Virus record (IMG/VR): IMGVR_UViG_3300026484_000284
Location: 64,001-101,859 of that record
DNA from: a virus
Lineage: Duplodnaviria > Heunggongvirae > Uroviricota > Caudoviricetes
Reading direction: 5' to 3' (one strand)
DNA: 37,859 nt
This document shows positions 35,187 through 37,859 of this stretch, piece after piece (the first letter of the stretch is position 1; each line of letters opens with the position of its first letter). The position numbers and the translations under genes are program-made. Below the pieces are notes generated by a model. The model was not told the origin of the DNA. It worked only from the letters and a program-made list of their open reading frames with translations, and made no database searches.

Positions 35187-35216
35187 ATTATATCAAATGA
35201 TTAAATTTTTATTAAC
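35187..35216 (-). promoter_or_regulatory. Class II promoter GTTAATA-N17-TATAAT with TG extension, upstream of gp47
   Basis: -10 at 35192-35187, GTTAATA at 35216-35210. Confidence 0.6.
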
Positions 35217-35224
35217 TTCAATTT

Positions 35225-35464
35225 TTATTTCATATAAATTTTTTGTAATTCGTCCAATGTTTTATTTGTGATTGCTTCAACAGTATTTTTTGCGATTTTT
35301 CTTGCTGTTTGTCTTGGGCACCCTTGCGCCATTAAATCAAAAACAAATTGGGGTCTGTATGTTTCTTTAACTTCTTCAATGTTTCCGTTTCCACTTATAA
35401 CTTTAACTGCTTCAACTTTAATTGCATCTACTAATTTTATTCTTAATGTTTCATTTACTATCAT
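35225..35464 (-). CDS. Small early protein, 79 aa
   Basis: AAAAAGGA RBS; own class I promoter. Confidence 0.8.
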   Translation of the reverse strand: MIVNETLRIKLVDAIKVEAVKVISGNGNIEEVKETYRPQFVFDLMAQGCPRQTARKIAKNTVEAITNKTLDELQKIYMK

Positions 35465-35516
35465 GTGATTCCTTTTTGTTTGAATTTATTTCGTAACTTC
35501 ATCTTGTTACATTATA

Positions 35517-35545
35517 ATTATAACAAAAAAGATTTTAAAAGTCAA
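35517..35545 (-). promoter_or_regulatory. Class I promoter TTGACT-N17-TATAAT
   Basis: -35 at 35545-35540, -10 at 35522-35517. Confidence 0.85.
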
Positions 35546-35573
35546 GTGTTTTTATACAAAAATCCAAAAAAAT

Positions 35574-35861
35574 TTAAAAAAATTCTGGATTTTGTATAAA
35601 ATTTGAATTTTTTAGGATTGAACCTATTTTGTCAGGATCCAAATCCAACTTTTGAATTAAAGAAAGAGTCTTCTCAAGATTTGTTACTCCTTCTAAAAAG
35701 TTGATAATTGATAATTTTTCGATAATACCAATAAGTTTTTCACTATCAATTTTACCTTTATCTATTTCAAGAAAAGTTGAAAAGGGCAAAATATCCTTAA
35801 CATCTTTTTCAAGACTTAGATAAAATTTTTTATCAAATATCATTTTAGTTTTAACTGACAA
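35574..35861 (-). CDS. Hypothetical protein, 95 aa
   Basis: Overlaps the upstream gene; GAGG RBS. Confidence 0.65.
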   Translation of the reverse strand: MSVKTKMIFDKKFYLSLEKDVKDILPFSTFLEIDKGKIDSEKLIGIIEKLSIINFLEGVTNLEKTLSLIQKLDLDPDKIGSILKNSNFIQNPEFF

Positions 35862-36330
35862 AGTTACCTCTTAAAATTGTTTCAATCTTATGCTTTTTCA
35901 TAAGTTCCACATCATCTTGAGATAATCTTTCTTTATCTAATTCTTTATCAAATTCAATTTTTATAATTTGTCTAAAAACTTCTTTACCACCAACTTCTTT
36001 AACGAATTTTCTCAATTCCTTAATTTTTTCTGGATTGTCATTGATATATTTAAGCGCTTCTGCTCTTGAAGTTCTTCCTCTATGCCCAACTGGACTCTCC
36101 CCGAGGTATTGTTCTTTAATTTTTTGAGTTAAAGATTCCGTTTTTATGTCAATTTGTTTAGGGTCTTTTTTAGGACCTTTTCCATTTTCCCACCATTTAT
36201 TGATAACATCGAAAAATTCAGATTTTTGCTCATCTGTTAAATCCGCAGGTGATTCTGCATCAAATTTTTTTAGCATATCAGCAAAAAATTTTCTATAATC
36301 TTTTTGTAATTGACTTAATTCTTGTGCCAT
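35851..36330 (-). CDS. Hypothetical late protein, 159 aa, possibly virion-internal
   Basis: TAAATA at 36353-36348; AAAAAGGA RBS; highly charged. Confidence 0.7.
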   Translation of the reverse strand: MAQELSQLQKDYRKFFADMLKKFDAESPADLTDEQKSEFFDVINKWWENGKGPKKDPKQIDIKTESLTQKIKEQYLGESPVGHRGRTSRAEALKYINDNPEKIKELRKFVKEVGGKEVFRQIIKIEFDKELDKERLSQDDVELMKKHKIETILRGNFVS

Positions 36331-36357
36331 TATGTTCCTTTTTATATTATTTAAAAA

Positions 36358-37188
36358 TTAGTTATGATAAATTACTTTTATTGATTTAATACTATACCGA
36401 TCCGCTGACCCAAAAACAATTTTATGTGATTTGTTTTTTAAGTCAAATAGCATTTGTAATGAAAGGCATTCATCAATTATATTCTTATTTGTATTATATT
36501 CCGTGCCATCTATCGAAAACTTCATATTTTTTTCGACACTACTATCCCCAGAATGTAAATCGTGTAAGACAATAAACACATCCATTTTATCAAAATTATT
36601 TTTTGATTGTGGTATAGTTACAGTCCACCCGTGTAAAAGATCTTTTACAATCGCAATATCAATTTTCTCATATAATTTTTTAGTTATTTCTGGATCTTTA
36701 GGAAAATCATAAACTTCGTATTTCGGGTAGAATCTATGTTTAAATAATACCATTGCTTCATCATCTGGATCTTGATTTAAAGTCGTTTCCAAATATAAGG
36801 TAGGTGTAGTTTCAAAAAATGAAACATATAAACAAGTCCCAGCATTAGAATATGTATTCACATACCATTTTTTTGAAGGAGAATCAATATGTATTGGTTC
36901 TGGTAAATCTAAGATACAGAATTCATTCTTCCCAATAACTTCATATCCATCTGTAGAATTATTATTGATATTATATTTTTTAATAATTCTATCATCAGAT
37001 GAAATTATATAATCTTCTGCATCCGGAGACCCATAGATACCCCAAAATAAAAAATGTAACCCTTTATCTTTACATTCGGGTATTGATATTGTTTGTTTAT
37101 CCGTAAAAAATAACATTTTATCAGTTATTCCTTCCACCCATTCAACATTTCGTAACTTTGCATCACCTGTGGGTTTGAAACTTGCCAT
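36358..37188 (-). CDS. Hypothetical protein, 276 aa
   Basis: AAAGGA RBS; in a probable late operon. Confidence 0.75.
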   Translation of the reverse strand: MASFKPTGDAKLRNVEWVEGITDKMLFFTDKQTISIPECKDKGLHFLFWGIYGSPDAEDYIISSDDRIIKKYNINNNSTDGYEVIGKNEFCILDLPEPIHIDSPSKKWYVNTYSNAGTCLYVSFFETTPTLYLETTLNQDPDDEAMVLFKHRFYPKYEVYDFPKDPEITKKLYEKIDIAIVKDLLHGWTVTIPQSKNNFDKMDVFIVLHDLHSGDSSVEKNMKFSIDGTEYNTNKNIIDECLSLQMLFDLKNKSHKIVFGSADRYSIKSIKVIYHN

Positions 37189-37197
37189 TACAATCCT

Positions 37198-37785
37198 TTA
37201 TAAATCACTTGTATTTTTTTCTTGTGCTTTTTTTCTTTTTGTCTGAGCAATCATTTGAAGTATCTCATCAAGATTCTCTTCATCATAGTCTTCTATTTCT
37301 TCATTTTTTTCAACTTCATTTTTAGTGTGTAGTGCTTTGAGTGTCATTTCAATACTATCCATATCAATTTTTTCTTGAATTTTCATAAGCATATCTTCTG
37401 TTCTTTCAAATAGTATTCTCGTTGATTGGTAAAGTTGTAACATCTCTCCTGTTTCAAGTTTATCTATCATTCTATCGTCGAATAACCTATCTTCTAATTT
37501 TGATAAATAGTCTTCAAGAACATTTAGTTTTGCACTTAACTTTTTGGCAAGTTGTATTAATTGAAGCGAAACTCCTAGACCTGATAATTTAACTCTTTTA
37601 ATAAAGTCTTTGTCTGGGATTTTACCTTTGAAGAGTAACTCTTCAATAATAGCATCATCTTCTTTTGTTAAAAGATTTAACGATTTAAAAGTGTCTTGGG
37701 TTTCATATTTTTCTTCTTCAAAAGTACTTAATTCATCGAAGAAGTCATCCTCGATGACTTCTGCTTTAACAACATTATTAGACAT
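37198..37785 (-). CDS. Hypothetical helical acidic late protein, 195 aa
   Basis: TAAATA at 37816-37811; AAAGGG RBS. Confidence 0.75.
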   Translation of the reverse strand: MSNNVVKAEVIEDDFFDELSTFEEEKYETQDTFKSLNLLTKEDDAIIEELLFKGKIPDKDFIKRVKLSGLGVSLQLIQLAKKLSAKLNVLEDYLSKLEDRLFDDRMIDKLETGEMLQLYQSTRILFERTEDMLMKIQEKIDMDSIEMTLKALHTKNEVEKNEEIEDYDEENLDEILQMIAQTKRKKAQEKNTSDL

Positions 37786-37859
37786 TTTGACCCTTTGCTC
37801 GTTTTAAAAGTATTTAAAAAGTTTTAGTTAGGTAAAATGTTTTTAAGTTCTTCAAGTTC

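Noticed and set aside
37198-37785. Small terminase (gp16) assignment
   Set aside because: Size and helical character fit, but no recognisable gp16 motif
276-37807. The other short plus-strand ORFs in the track (e.g. 3414, 4981, 9300, 10656, 21377, 30292, 33855, 36431)
   Set aside because: All lie antisense to well-supported minus-strand genes and lack RBS or motifs

Overview
Very AT-rich fragment (roughly a quarter GC by eye) of a large T4-like tailed phage genome. Nearly all genes are on the minus strand. The AAAGGA ribosome-binding sites and the gene set (origin-binding SF2 helicase, Cas4-like exonuclease, GroES, YqeY) resemble Campylobacterota-infecting T4-like phages, but the host is inferred, not shown. 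The left half holds accessory and early genes plus DNA ligase. The right half holds replication, recombination and late-transcription genes (DsbA, gp4, gp41, gp62, gp59, gp33, gp44, gp46, gp47). Main points: (1) gp41 helicase and gp44 clamp loader are each fractured inside Walker A by an atypically split intein with a short IntN and a long IntC. (2) An RF2-like +1 frameshift cassette (AAGGAA-CAC-CCC-UGA) would fuse a homing endonuclease onto the gp44 IntN. (3) An early-promoter gene resembles the type III CRISPR ring nuclease Csx20 and is a candidate anti-CRISPR. (4) Three promoter classes are readable: TTGACW-N17-TATAAT, GTTAATW-N17-TATAAT and TAAATA. All protein assignments come from recalled motifs; no searches were run.
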